Source: a virus
IMG/VR virus record: IMGVR_UViG_3300033056_000001
Span: 1 to 64,000 of that record
Length of the DNA stretch: 64,000 bases
Reading direction: 5' to 3' (one strand)
Shown: in pieces, positions 33,375 to 41,712 of the stretch
Position numbering within the stretch: the first letter of the stretch is position 1
Layout of the letters: each line of letters starts with the position of its first letter
Made by a program: the position numbers and the translations under genes
Notes under the pieces: generated by a model
Told to the model about the DNA's origin: nothing
What the model saw: the letters and a program-made list of their open reading frames with translations, nothing else
Databases searched by the model: none

Positions 33375-34121
33375 TTAATTCCCCCTTAATTTGAATAGCT
33401 TGCGTTTTTCTAATCGATACTCAATTCCGTAACTATCTTCGTCATTTTTTATCGCTAACTTACGCGTACCTACAACGTCGCCAGGCGGAAATACTTCTTC
33501 TACGTAGGTGATTCGGCGGTCGTCCCAGCGCATTTGTTCGTCGCTCAAGCAAGGATATTCCGGTCCTTCATCTTCCGGTAGATAAACGAATCCTTCAGCG
33601 ATTTGACGAACGAACTCCTTCGATTTATAGTCACGTTCAGCGAATCGGTTAGCAATTGCGTTAAAAACTGCGTGCGAAGGCTCCTCGATACGTAGTCCGG
33701 CTGATATTGCGTTTAACCACTTATCGAGCTCATCCGTTATATATAAGTCGTGCGTTGGATCACCTTTCGAGAATGTCTGTCCGCTAGACATGTTCGCTGC
33801 GATTCGATTTAGGGCGCCGTTAATGTGATAACGAACAACCCTAGCGTCGATACCGAGTACCGCAGCGCATTCCTCTAACGTTAATTTTGCGAAATAGTGA
33901 AGCGCGATTGTCTGTCGCTGCCTCACCGTAAGTACCTCGCCGTTCATTGCAACGTCTAAGTCTGCGAGGATTACTGCTGTATCGATATCACCGCCGTAGA
34001 ACATCGTACTATTCAGGCGATAAACATCCTTTAGCAGCGCCGTAACGCCGTCCTTATCATACGAATACTGCTCGTCGTACTCTCGGCCTTTTTTATAAAT
34101 ATCGCGGGATACTGCACCCAT
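33375..34121 (-). CDS. Sigma-70 region-4-like HTH protein (ArpU/late-regulator-like, atypical architecture)
   Basis: LTVRQRQTIALHYFAKLTLEECAAVLGIDARVVRYHINGALNRI is a region-4 HTH placed at residues ~64-107. There is no clear region 2. The C-terminal 130 aa domain is unknown. Confidence 0.55.
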   Translation of the reverse strand: MGAVSRDIYKKGREYDEQYSYDKDGVTALLKDVYRLNSTMFYGGDIDTAVILADLDVAMNGEVLTVRQRQTIALHYFAKLTLEECAAVLGIDARVVRYHINGALNRIAANMSSGQTFSKGDPTHDLYITDELDKWLNAISAGLRIEEPSHAVFNAIANRFAERDYKSKEFVRQIAEGFVYLPEDEGPEYPCLSDEQMRWDDRRITYVEEVFPPGDVVGTRKLAIKNDEDSYGIEYRLEKRKLFKLRGN

Positions 34122-34402
34122 TAAACCACCTCCTCATCACGTTTTAATTCCGCTTCATACGCTTTGATTTCGATTTTCTTCTTAACGCTGACGCCTTTTT
34201 TGCCGAAAATGAGCCAGCTAGATAAATCGTCTAATTCTCGAATGTCCGGCTGCTCGCCCGTTGTATTTACGTAAGAATCCGTTACCGCCTGTACTAACGC
34301 ATTCTTGTAAGCTGCATCCGAATAGTCATTGCGAGTGATTGCCGTCACCGCACGATTAAATTCCGTTTTGTAATCTCCGTTGATATCAAATGTAAAAGTC
34401 AT
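34121..34402 (-). CDS. Hypothetical protein (93 aa)
   Basis: Start moved to MTFTFDING (ACGGAGGAA RBS). The upstream part of ORF 34121..34759 overlaps a plus-strand gene and its promoter. Confidence 0.5.
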   Translation of the reverse strand: MTFTFDINGDYKTEFNRAVTAITRNDYSDAAYKNALVQAVTDSYVNTTGEQPDIRELDDLSSWLIFGKKGVSVKKKIEIKAYEAELKRDEEVV

Positions 34403-34440
34403 TATAATTCCTCCGTTTCTAATTTTCGTTTTATTTACCG

Positions 34441-34468
34441 TTGATTTAGCGTATAATAAATCTATAAT
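34441..34468 (+). promoter_or_regulatory. Near-consensus sigma-A promoter
   Basis: TTGATT, 16 nt spacer, TATAAT (34463..34468). A second TATAAT lies at 34452. GAAAGG RBS and the ATG at 34494 follow. Confidence 0.55.
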
Positions 34469-34493
34469 CCATTCCGAAAGGTTGTGTCGTTTT

Positions 34494-34883
34494 ATGTCGC
34501 TTAATTTCGAACCGTTAGTCAAGAACCGCGCCCGTAACTTCGGCAAGTATATTACGCTAGACAAGCAAGGCCGCATCATGCTGAGCGCCGAGTTCCGCCG
34601 TGAGTTTTCGCCAATCCAATACGAGAAGCAGATTCCGTTTGATGTTTTCGTCTTCCTAGAGAAGTCGCGTAAGATAATCGGAATCGTTAACGCTGAGAAA
34701 GAACGTATGGTGGCTAGCGATAGGTTGCGCGTGGATAAGCGCGGATACGCTAACGGCAAGGATATCGCCGAGGCTTTCCGCTTAGATCCGAAACAAGGTC
34801 CGTATCGTTTTACGTATGAAGGGCGTAGTGGTCACGAAGGTTATACGCTTGATACGTTTCGGTTAGTTGAATCCGAAAGCTGA
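34494..34883 (+). CDS. AbrB/MraZ-like (SpoVT-AbrB fold) small protein, opposite strand to its neighbours
   Basis: 129 aa. YITLDKQGRIMLSAEFRREF matches the D.KGRI.IP..FR looped-hinge motif. Has its own promoter. The 3' end overlaps the convergent methyltransferase gene by 43 nt. Confidence 0.5.
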   Translation: MSLNFEPLVKNRARNFGKYITLDKQGRIMLSAEFRREFSPIQYEKQIPFDVFVFLEKSRKIIGIVNAEKERMVASDRLRVDKRGYANGKDIAEAFRLDPKQGPYRFTYEGRSGHEGYTLDTFRLVESES

Positions 34884-35788
34884 TCCGCCAGTGCCTTACC
34901 GATTTCATACGCTACTTTCGATGCGATTCCGTTGCCTACGATTCGGTATTGAGCGCCTAGACCAAGTTCTTCCGGCAACGTATACCAGTCAGGCACGGAT
35001 TGAATTCGTAAACATTCGCGCGCTGTAAATCGTCCTGGCGCTCGGCCCGGATGAATCGGTTGACCGCTGTTGTGGTGCGCTGGAATCGTATTACACGGAC
35101 CGTCCCACGATTGAATGCGATTGGCCTGACCGTAAGTGTATTCGCTTTTTGGCGTCCAGTATCGTCCGTTTACTTGCTGTTCTGGCGCCGGTAAGTCGCC
35201 AATAACGTCGTGTAGAGTTTTCGTACGGTATTCCGCTGGGTTTGGCTCCGGAAACTTAAACGTAAAGCCGAGGTCCTGGCGAATACCTACGATAAATACA
35301 CGCTCGCGCTTCTGCGCTACTCCGTAATCCCATGCGTTAACTAACTTCCAACTAACGTTATACCCTAACGCCTCAAACTCTGCGATTAGCTTATCAAATG
35401 TATGTCGGTGCTTCTTCGAGATAAGTCCTTTTACGTTTTCGAATACGAAGAACTTCGGCTGCTTAATTCGAAGCGTGTCTACGTATTGCCAAACGAGTTT
35501 ACCGCGCTCGCCCTCTTCGCCTACGCCATCACCTGCTTGCGAGTAGTCTTGGCAAGGTGGTCCGCCGAACAATCCGTCAGTGTCGGGGAATTCGTGAGGA
35601 TCTTTCGTGCTTAGGTCGGCTAACTCCGCGTGATCTCCGAGGTTCTTTTTGTAGGCGTTGATTGCCTGCGCATTGAAGTCGTATGATTTGACGATTTTAT
35701 AGCCGGCGAGTAACATTCCTATAGCTCCGAGCCCGCCTCCGCAATACACTTCCGTTAGTGTTAATCCGTTCATTTCTAACTGTTCCAT
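34841..35788 (-). CDS. DNA (cytosine-5)-methyltransferase (orphan)
   Basis: Motif I VYCGGGLGAIG, motif IV GGPPCQDYS, motif VI FENVKG, and a C-terminal QxRxR-like region ...GNGIA. Start set at MEQLEMNG (GGAGGTGG RBS). Confidence 0.9.
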   Translation of the reverse strand: MEQLEMNGLTLTEVYCGGGLGAIGMLLAGYKIVKSYDFNAQAINAYKKNLGDHAELADLSTKDPHEFPDTDGLFGGPPCQDYSQAGDGVGEEGERGKLVWQYVDTLRIKQPKFFVFENVKGLISKKHRHTFDKLIAEFEALGYNVSWKLVNAWDYGVAQKRERVFIVGIRQDLGFTFKFPEPNPAEYRTKTLHDVIGDLPAPEQQVNGRYWTPKSEYTYGQANRIQSWDGPCNTIPAHHNSGQPIHPGRAPGRFTARECLRIQSVPDWYTLPEELGLGAQYRIVGNGIASKVAYEIGKALADQLSDSTNRNVSSV

Positions 35789-35865
35789 TCGTCCACCTCC
35801 GTAAAATAAGAAAAGCGACCGCCTCAATCGAGAACAGTCGCTAGTTAATCAATATTCAATTAGAA

Positions 35866-36459
35866 CTACTCTCCGCGACTTAACTTCTCTACGCCTAGCT
35901 CCGCTAATATACTGTCGATTTGATCGTACAGCGAATCAGGCGATAGATTATTCAACACCTCGTAATCAGGCGTTATCTTGTCAATGAACGTTTCGGTAGG
36001 ATTCGTTAAGTCTGTTTCGGTGAAATTGTCGCCAGCTTCTCGCGCTCGCTCAATGCGAAGCTCATCTGCTGCAGTAATTCGTATAATCGTAAAGTTCTCG
36101 GCTTGCATTCGTCTGTATTCCGGCTCTTTCCGCATGTCACTAATAACGACGAGTGGCGCATTGTCGGCGTTAATCTTGCGCATCACCTTTTCGACCCAAA
36201 CGTCGTCGCCTAAGATTTCGCAGGACATTTCGCCGAATTTGACGTAGCCTGCGCGTGGTTTCGGTATGTGCGGGACTTGCGGATATGCTCGGTGAAACGC
36301 CACTTTCATTTCGTCAGCAAATGCGTAAGTGTTGAATCCGTAGAACAGCGATAGGTAGCTTGCGGCTAGGTCTTTTCCAGCCCGAAATTTCCCAGCGAGT
36401 ACGATTCTTACTTGTGGCTGATCGATTACTTTTCCGCAGTCTTCACAACGTTTAACCAT
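35866..36459 (-). CDS. dNMP kinase-like P-loop protein
   Basis: IVLAGKFRAGKD P-loop, FADEMK, and a phage deoxynucleoside-monophosphate-kinase-like layout. Has an N-terminal CxxC. Confidence 0.6.
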   Translation of the reverse strand: MVKRCEDCGKVIDQPQVRIVLAGKFRAGKDLAASYLSLFYGFNTYAFADEMKVAFHRAYPQVPHIPKPRAGYVKFGEMSCEILGDDVWVEKVMRKINADNAPLVVISDMRKEPEYRRMQAENFTIIRITAADELRIERAREAGDNFTETDLTNPTETFIDKITPDYEVLNNLSPDSLYDQIDSILAELGVEKLSRGE

Positions 36460-37198
36460 TCCGCAACGCCTCCTCTAATTCTCTTCGTAACTTATGCAAG
36501 CTGTATACGCTCAACGTTTCTAGTACGCCGGTTTCTCGCACTCTGTCCGCAATCGACTTCTCTTCAGCCTCCGCACCGTCGCCTAAGTCGCTTTTATGCT
36601 CGATAACCACCGTAAGGTTTTGTTCCAATTCTTCGACGTCTTTTTCGTTCTCATCTATACGTTCTTCCAAATCAGTAACGTCGTCCTTCACGTTTGTCAA
36701 TTCACGTTTTAGGTCGGAGAGTTCATCCTCTAAATCGCTTAATCCAGCGACTATTTCTAATCGTAATTTCTTTTCCTTCGCAACTTCCTGCGCAAGATTT
36801 GCGATTAAGTCAGTTTCGGTGAGTGTTGGCGTTGACTCGATTGGTTCTAATACGAGATATCTCGAATGGTTCATTAATGGAGCCTTATCGGTGGTTATAC
36901 CGCACAAGATATGATCGTCGTCTTTTACGGTGTGTATTTCGCCAATCTTTCCGTAACCGAAGTCTTCAACTACTACAATCAAATCTCCGATATCTGCCTT
37001 ACGATTGACCTTGCGGTATAGTTGCGAGTTGTGTTCGATGACTTCTTCGCAGTCAGTGACGTCGACCAAAAATCCGCTTCCTACTCGATGTTGAGGTAAT
37101 CCGAAATCTTCTGTTATATACCGAGAATTAAACACCTCCCCGATTTTATTTGCGTACCAATAATTCGGGCTGCTCGCTTTTACAATTCGAATTTTCAT
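36452..37198 (-). CDS. Hypothetical protein with two SH3/KOW-like segments and an acidic coiled coil
   Basis: 248 aa, good coding context, no recognisable catalytic motif. Confidence 0.5.
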   Translation of the reverse strand: MKIRIVKASSPNYWYANKIGEVFNSRYITEDFGLPQHRVGSGFLVDVTDCEEVIEHNSQLYRKVNRKADIGDLIVVVEDFGYGKIGEIHTVKDDDHILCGITTDKAPLMNHSRYLVLEPIESTPTLTETDLIANLAQEVAKEKKLRLEIVAGLSDLEDELSDLKRELTNVKDDVTDLEERIDENEKDVEELEQNLTVVIEHKSDLGDGAEAEEKSIADRVRETGVLETLSVYSLHKLRRELEEALRNG

Positions 37199-37200
37199 AT

Positions 37201-37929
37201 TTACGCCTCCTCGAAAAATTTATCCGTCCAACCTTCGACTGCTACGACTTCTTCTCTTAATCTCTCGGCTAATTGCGTTATTTCTGACTGCGCTCCACGT
37301 CCGGCTTTCCTTTTCGCATAGAAGTCGAGTAGTGCTCGTAAGTTTACCGTCATGACTAGATTCGTTGCTGCTGCATTCGGTAGGACTGAGCGAGCGTCTT
37401 CTGCTGGCACGCCCGCGTCTCTGAGTACATCGTAATAACTCTGAAGCGTCTTCATAATCGATGTGAAATGTACTTCCGCATCTGAATTTTCACTAATACT
37501 ATCTGGCATTACATAATCGAATCCTTTACTACGATCACCGCTGCCGAACTTCACATAACGCTGTGACTGAACGCTGAAGCTAAATCCAACTCTATGACGT
37601 GTGAGCTGCGCTAGTAGTGCTCGGCTGACTCCTTCGACTGCAAACGTAAATGTAATATGCTCGACAGTCGACAGATGTTTAGAGCGCATAATTGTACGGA
37701 TTAATCTATCGGCTTCTGTTCCGCCTTCTCCGTCCGTTGCAGACTTACCGAAGTACTTGGCGCCTTCTTTCGCTACAATTTCGCTCGGCTTATTCGGTGA
37801 GTAACACGTTCTAATCGCTGACAGTCCGACTACTTGACCGTCAGTTGTTGGTACTGACCATTCACGTAAATGCGTTGAGTTAACGAACTCCTCGGCTAAC
37901 TGCGTGTGTGCCATTAACGTAACTTTCAT
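37201..37929 (-). CDS. thyX: FAD-dependent thymidylate synthase ThyX
   Basis: ThyX signature RHRVGFSFSVQSQRY (RHRxxSxxxxSxR). 242 aa. Confidence 0.9.
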   Translation of the reverse strand: MKVTLMAHTQLAEEFVNSTHLREWSVPTTDGQVVGLSAIRTCYSPNKPSEIVAKEGAKYFGKSATDGEGGTEADRLIRTIMRSKHLSTVEHITFTFAVEGVSRALLAQLTRHRVGFSFSVQSQRYVKFGSGDRSKGFDYVMPDSISENSDAEVHFTSIMKTLQSYYDVLRDAGVPAEDARSVLPNAAATNLVMTVNLRALLDFYAKRKAGRGAQSEITQLAERLREEVVAVEGWTDKFFEEA

Positions 37930-38375
37930 TCGCCTGCCTCCTCGCTAGTATCAAAAGCTAACTGACCGTTATTTTCTTCTACGATCGGATAACTCGCTTG
38001 TCTTTCAATCTCCGCTTCCAACAACGGTTCCGGACGAACAAACGTCGGCGGCTTCATCACCTTACCCGTTTCCGGATTCGTATGGACCTTGCCGTCAGGC
38101 CATAGCTTCGACATGTTAGCGCGATGTACAATTGCGAATAACTCTTCCGGCTGTACTCCGATTTCAACTAACGTACCTAATGCGAGATACATCAGGTCAA
38201 TCATGGCGTCTGCCTGGTCGACTACTGTGTTGGCGTCAAAGAATTCCGTTAACTCTTCGTCCATATAACCGAATCTATCTTCGCGGCGTTTCTTATCCAT
38301 AACAGTCGGCGCAGTAGCTACCGGCTGATTCATTACCGTTTGAAAATCGCGCACCATTTCGTATTGTTTATTCAT
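37926..38375 (-). CDS. All-alpha NTP pyrophosphohydrolase (MazG/dUTPase-like)
   Basis: RFGYMDEELTEFFDA...DQADAMIDLMYLALG has the EExxE/D metal-binding helix pattern. 149 aa. Confidence 0.6.
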   Translation of the reverse strand: MNKQYEMVRDFQTVMNQPVATAPTVMDKKRREDRFGYMDEELTEFFDANTVVDQADAMIDLMYLALGTLVEIGVQPEELFAIVHRANMSKLWPDGKVHTNPETGKVMKPPTFVRPEPLLEAEIERQASYPIVEENNGQLAFDTSEEAGE

Positions 38376-38524
38376 TTTTCGTCCTCCTCGATAATTTGGA
38401 ATTCCGTTCTATATTCGTCTGCTATACATTTCGGACAGCAATTTACGTCCTGTGTTGCGGAAATACTTAATTCGTAGAATCGTTTGAAACGGTAGGAGCA
38501 CTTCGGACATTCGTACTTAGTCAT
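38372..38524 (-). CDS. Zinc-ribbon protein (50 aa), not in ORF track
   Basis: MTKYECPKCSYRFKRFYELSISATQDVNCCPKCIADEYRTEFQIIEEDEK. ATGA overlaps at both ends. Confidence 0.45.
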   Translation of the reverse strand: MTKYECPKCSYRFKRFYELSISATQDVNCCPKCIADEYRTEFQIIEEDEK

Positions 38525-38799
38525 CGTATACTTCCTCCGCTCATTAATTTTTCGATTGCTTCTATTAACGGTGCATTGTCGGGCTGATTCCGTAAAATAT
38601 ATAGCCGTAACTCGTTGAAATTCCGAATGCCTGCTTCGGCCCTCAGTCGGTCGCTATCCCGCTTCCAATAGTCGGCTACATGGCGGACGGTTAAAAAGAT
38701 ATCATGGCGATCTTTATCCGTCATTGCTACGCCTCTGTTTTCGCCTAATACGTGGCATAAGTGATGGCCGGCGGCTTCTATGCGAGGATCGTATCTCAT
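38521..38799 (-). CDS. Hypothetical protein
   Basis: 92 aa ORF, translationally coupled within the operon. Confidence 0.5.
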   Translation of the reverse strand: MRYDPRIEAAGHHLCHVLGENRGVAMTDKDRHDIFLTVRHVADYWKRDSDRLRAEAGIRNFNELRLYILRNQPDNAPLIEAIEKLMSGGSIR

Positions 38800-38957
38800 A
38801 CAACGTCGTCCTTATCGATAATCGCTAGGTCATCGTCTATTTTTAATCCGTATTTATCTAAGACAGCTTCGATATTTCCGAAATCGCATTCTCCGCCTTC
38901 TATTTCGCGAAGTAACTCACGATACACCGCCTTTAAATCCTCTCGGAATTGCTCCAT
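38796..38957 (-). CDS. Hypothetical acidic protein (53 aa), not in ORF track
   Basis: GGAGGGGG RBS. MEQFREDLKAVYRELLREIEGGECDFGNIEAVLDKYGLKIDDDLAIIDKDDVV. ATGA overlap with the next gene. Confidence 0.4.
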   Translation of the reverse strand: MEQFREDLKAVYRELLREIEGGECDFGNIEAVLDKYGLKIDDDLAIIDKDDVV

Positions 38958-38988
38958 ACCGTAACCCCCTCCGATTTATAATTTACGT

Positions 38989-39567
38989 CTATTCAAAAAC
39001 GACTGCCTCAACGTTATTTATCTTCAATACGAGCCCGCGCACTACTTTCTCGGCGTTTGCCTCCGCCTTATCCTGCGCCTGCTTATCATTCGCAATGTCC
39101 TTACGTATAGCCTTTTCCGCTTTCTTGTATAGTGCCTTCGTCGTCTCTTCCGAGATATCTTTGCGAAACACTCCGCTGCTCTTATGGACGTCGGTTGTGT
39201 CATACGGAAGGCTGAGCGAGATTAGCTCCGGCTGCGGCAATCGAACCTTCACAACGTTGCCAGACGTCGTAACTTCGATTTTCGCCGTATTGATTCCAAG
39301 CTTAAACGGTCCTTCTACGTGGACGAACGCCTGCTGATCTCCGTACCACTTAGCGTCGAGATACGGAATTGTCTTTTCCGCTTCGCCTGTTAGCGTGACG
39401 AGTTCCGCTGATTTCGTTAAGTTGCGGAGGATTGTTTCTTCGTTGAGGACGACCGCTTTAGTGACCTGCGGCTGCGCTTCGGCTTTATCCGTGTGACCTG
39501 CGATGTTGAACGTTAGACTGCCTACGATGATGGCTCCGGCTGTGAATGCGATTAGCGTGCGTTTCAT
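38989..39567 (-). CDS. Secreted/membrane-anchored DUF4230-like protein
   Basis: 192 aa. N-terminal signal/anchor MKRTLIAFTAGAIIVGSLTF. The overall pattern resembles the DUF4230 family (from memory). Confidence 0.5.
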   Translation of the reverse strand: MKRTLIAFTAGAIIVGSLTFNIAGHTDKAEAQPQVTKAVVLNEETILRNLTKSAELVTLTGEAEKTIPYLDAKWYGDQQAFVHVEGPFKLGINTAKIEVTTSGNVVKVRLPQPELISLSLPYDTTDVHKSSGVFRKDISEETTKALYKKAEKAIRKDIANDKQAQDKAEANAEKVVRGLVLKINNVEAVVFE

Positions 39568-39767
39568 TTGCCGGACTTCCTTTCGAACTCTTTTATTAAT
39601 TCGTATAGATCATCGAAATCACTATCCCACGGAACAGCAACGTTTACATTGTAGTTTATAGCGAATTTCTTTCCGCAGTTATGACAACCGAGTTTATCAG
39701 TGTTTGTCGATACCTTTTCGATTGTATAAAACGAGTGCTTTCCGAAGAAACATTTAATTCGTTTCAT
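39564..39767 (-). CDS. Small zinc-binding protein
   Basis: 67 aa with C..GKH...CHNCG cysteine/histidine pairs. Confidence 0.45.
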   Translation of the reverse strand: MKRIKCFFGKHSFYTIEKVSTNTDKLGCHNCGKKFAINYNVNVAVPWDSDFDDLYELIKEFERKSGK

Positions 39768-39794
39768 CTCATCGCCTCCACTTCGTAATTTTCG

Positions 39795-39890
39795 TCATTT
39801 ACAAAACGTATATTCGAATAAAAATTTCATTACGAAACCTAGCGTCGTACCTACGACTAAGCCTGCGGTTGCCACTGCGATGTATTTCAT
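39795..39890 (-). CDS. Small membrane peptide (31 aa), not in ORF track
   Basis: GGAGGCGACAAC-ATG. MKYIAVATAGLVVGTTLGFVMKFLFEYTFCK. Confidence 0.3.
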   Translation of the reverse strand: MKYIAVATAGLVVGTTLGFVMKFLFEYTFCK

Positions 39891-39901
39891 GTTGTCGCCT
39901 C

Positions 39902-40555
39902 CTACCAGTTGAGATTATCCGCATGTTGCGCGAGTTTACCTCGGAAGTTAACACTTAGTTTTACAACGTTGCAATACTCTTCGCCTTCGAAATGTTCAAT
40001 GTACGGAGCGAATCCGCTTTTGCTTTCGTCAGGTAAATCGCATTGTCCGACGTGCCCTTCCATAATAACGGTGCAACTATCGTGAATACGCGTCAGAATC
40101 TTCTTTAAGTCACCTTTCGTAAAGTTCTGGCTTTCCGCAATTACAACCGTTTTATCTTTCAGGTTGATACCGCGAGCGAACGTATGTGACATCGGATAGA
40201 CCCACACATGCCCCGCTTTAAGTGCGTCGACGTTCTCTTCGTTGTAGATTACCTTTTCGGGAACCTCTGCGATTTCTAGTAGCGCATCCTTCAACGGAGT
40301 TAAATATTCGCTTTCCTTTTCCGTTTGATTACCTGGACGGAATCCCATTCGCTTCTCTTCCACTGGCGCAAAGACGTATACGAGTGGCTTTCCGATGATC
40401 TTAGCGCAAGCTACTGCGAGAGTAGTCTTACCGCTTCCGCTTTTCGCATTTACAATCGTAAGCTGCTTATCGAAAATTGAATCGACGTAAGCTCGTTGTT
40501 CATTCGTTAGTTTCGGCTCAAATCCGAATAGTAAGTTGTTTTCCGGTAATGGCAT
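39902..40555 (-). CDS. phoH: PhoH-like ATPase
   Basis: Walker A NAKSGSGKTTLAVA and Walker B VVIAES... PhoH-family length and layout. Confidence 0.8.
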   Translation of the reverse strand: MPLPENNLLFGFEPKLTNEQRAYVDSIFDKQLTIVNAKSGSGKTTLAVACAKIIGKPLVYVFAPVEEKRMGFRPGNQTEKESEYLTPLKDALLEIAEVPEKVIYNEENVDALKAGHVWVYPMSHTFARGINLKDKTVVIAESQNFTKGDLKKILTRIHDSCTVIMEGHVGQCDLPDESKSGFAPYIEHFEGEEYCNVVKLSVNFRGKLAQHADNLNW

Positions 40556-40634
40556 TGCGACCGCCTCCTCGATTGATTGTTTCGCCTTACACTAGATACT
40601 ACGAAGCGTATAATTACTTCGCACAAAATAAACG

Positions 40635-40662
40635 AAAAAAAAAGCCCGACATTTCTGCCGGA
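40635..40662 (-). terminator. Intrinsic terminator after nrdF
   Basis: Minus strand reads CCGGCA-gaaa-TGTCGGG followed by CTTTTTTTTT. Confidence 0.65.
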
Positions 40663-40674
40663 CCTGCTTCGTTC

Positions 40675-41712
40675 TTATAAATCGTCGAACCCGTTCGCAT
40701 CTGACGCCTTCGTATACTGGCGTGATTTCTGCTCGAAGAAGTCCGTCTTGCCTAAGTCGACCTCCTGGTAAGCGATGATCCAACGCATCGGATTCTCGTT
40801 GTAGCCTTCGAATGGTTTATCGAATCCTAGCTGTTTACAGCGCTTGTTTGCCATAAATTTGATGTATGCGTCTAGTTCCGCTTTGCTTACCCCGTCGAAT
40901 TTATCGCCAACAACACCATTCCCCCAAGCAATTTCTAATTCGGCAGCACGAACGAATGTATCTCGAACGAACTCGGCTAGTTCTGGCGTGTTGTGTTCTG
41001 GATTTTCGTCTAGTACGGCTTGAAATATCTTGATAAATAAATCAACGTGTAATTCCTCATCACGATTAATAAAATTTATCATTGTTGACGTCGAAACCAT
41101 TTTTCGATTTCGTGCTAAGTTGTAGAAGAAAGCAAATCCGCTGTAGAAGAATAATCCTTCGAGAATAACGTCATAAACAATAGATTTTAAGAAATTAGCG
41201 ACTGTCGGATCCTCAGCAAAATCTTTATAGCCATCCGTTACGAATTCATTACGTTCAAGCAATAACGGTTCAGTACGCCAGTAATCAAATACCTCGTCTT
41301 GTTTCGCTTTATTAACAACGCTTGAAAGTACGTACGAATAAGAATGGTTATGTACGACCTCCTGCTGTGCTAAGATAATCATTAAAGCGTTAATTGAAGA
41401 GTCGGTGATGTAGTCTGCTGCTTTCATTGCGTAATCTGATTGAATTGAATCTAATAATGCTAAAAGTCCGATAATCTTTAAGAATGATTCTTGCTCATCC
41501 TTTGTTAGTTGCGGGAACTGCTTGATATCTTGCCCCATGTTAACTTCGAAAGGTACCCAAAAATTAGCTAGCATTCTCTTATATTTAGGGAATGCGAACG
41601 GGAATCTTACGTCATCCCAGTTTAGGATATTCGAGGACTGTCCATTGACAATCCCCGTTGATCTATTCGGTGCGTTTACGTCCACTAATTTACGTTTTTC
41701 CATATTAAGCAA
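40675..41712 (-). CDS. nrdF: Ribonucleotide reductase beta (R2) subunit
   Basis: Di-iron ligand helices present (EVVHNHSYSY, ILEGLFFYSGF, RDEELH). 345 aa. Confidence 0.9.
   Translation of the reverse strand: MLNMEKRKLVDVNAPNRSTGIVNGQSSNILNWDDVRFPFAFPKYKRMLANFWVPFEVNMGQDIKQFPQLTKDEQESFLKIIGLLALLDSIQSDYAMKAADYITDSSINALMIILAQQEVVHNHSYSYVLSSVVNKAKQDEVFDYWRTEPLLLERNEFVTDGYKDFAEDPTVANFLKSIVYDVILEGLFFYSGFAFFYNLARNRKMVSTSTMINFINRDEELHVDLFIKIFQAVLDENPEHNTPELAEFVRDTFVRAAELEIAWGNGVVGDKFDGVSKAELDAYIKFMANKRCKQLGFDKPFEGYNENPMRWIIAYQEVDLGKTDFFEQKSRQYTKASDANGFDDL

Noticed and set aside
34403-34759. Upstream 119 codons of minus ORF 34121..34759
   Set aside because: They overlap the plus-strand AbrB-like gene and its consensus promoter. 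The internal Met at 34402 has a GGAGGAA RBS and the remainder is Arg/Ser/Leu-rich.
40577-40783. ORFs 40577..40771 (+) and 40592..40783 (-) at the nrdF 3' end
   Set aside because: They span the terminator and the phoH promoter region and overlap the nrdF C-terminus. They have no RBS.
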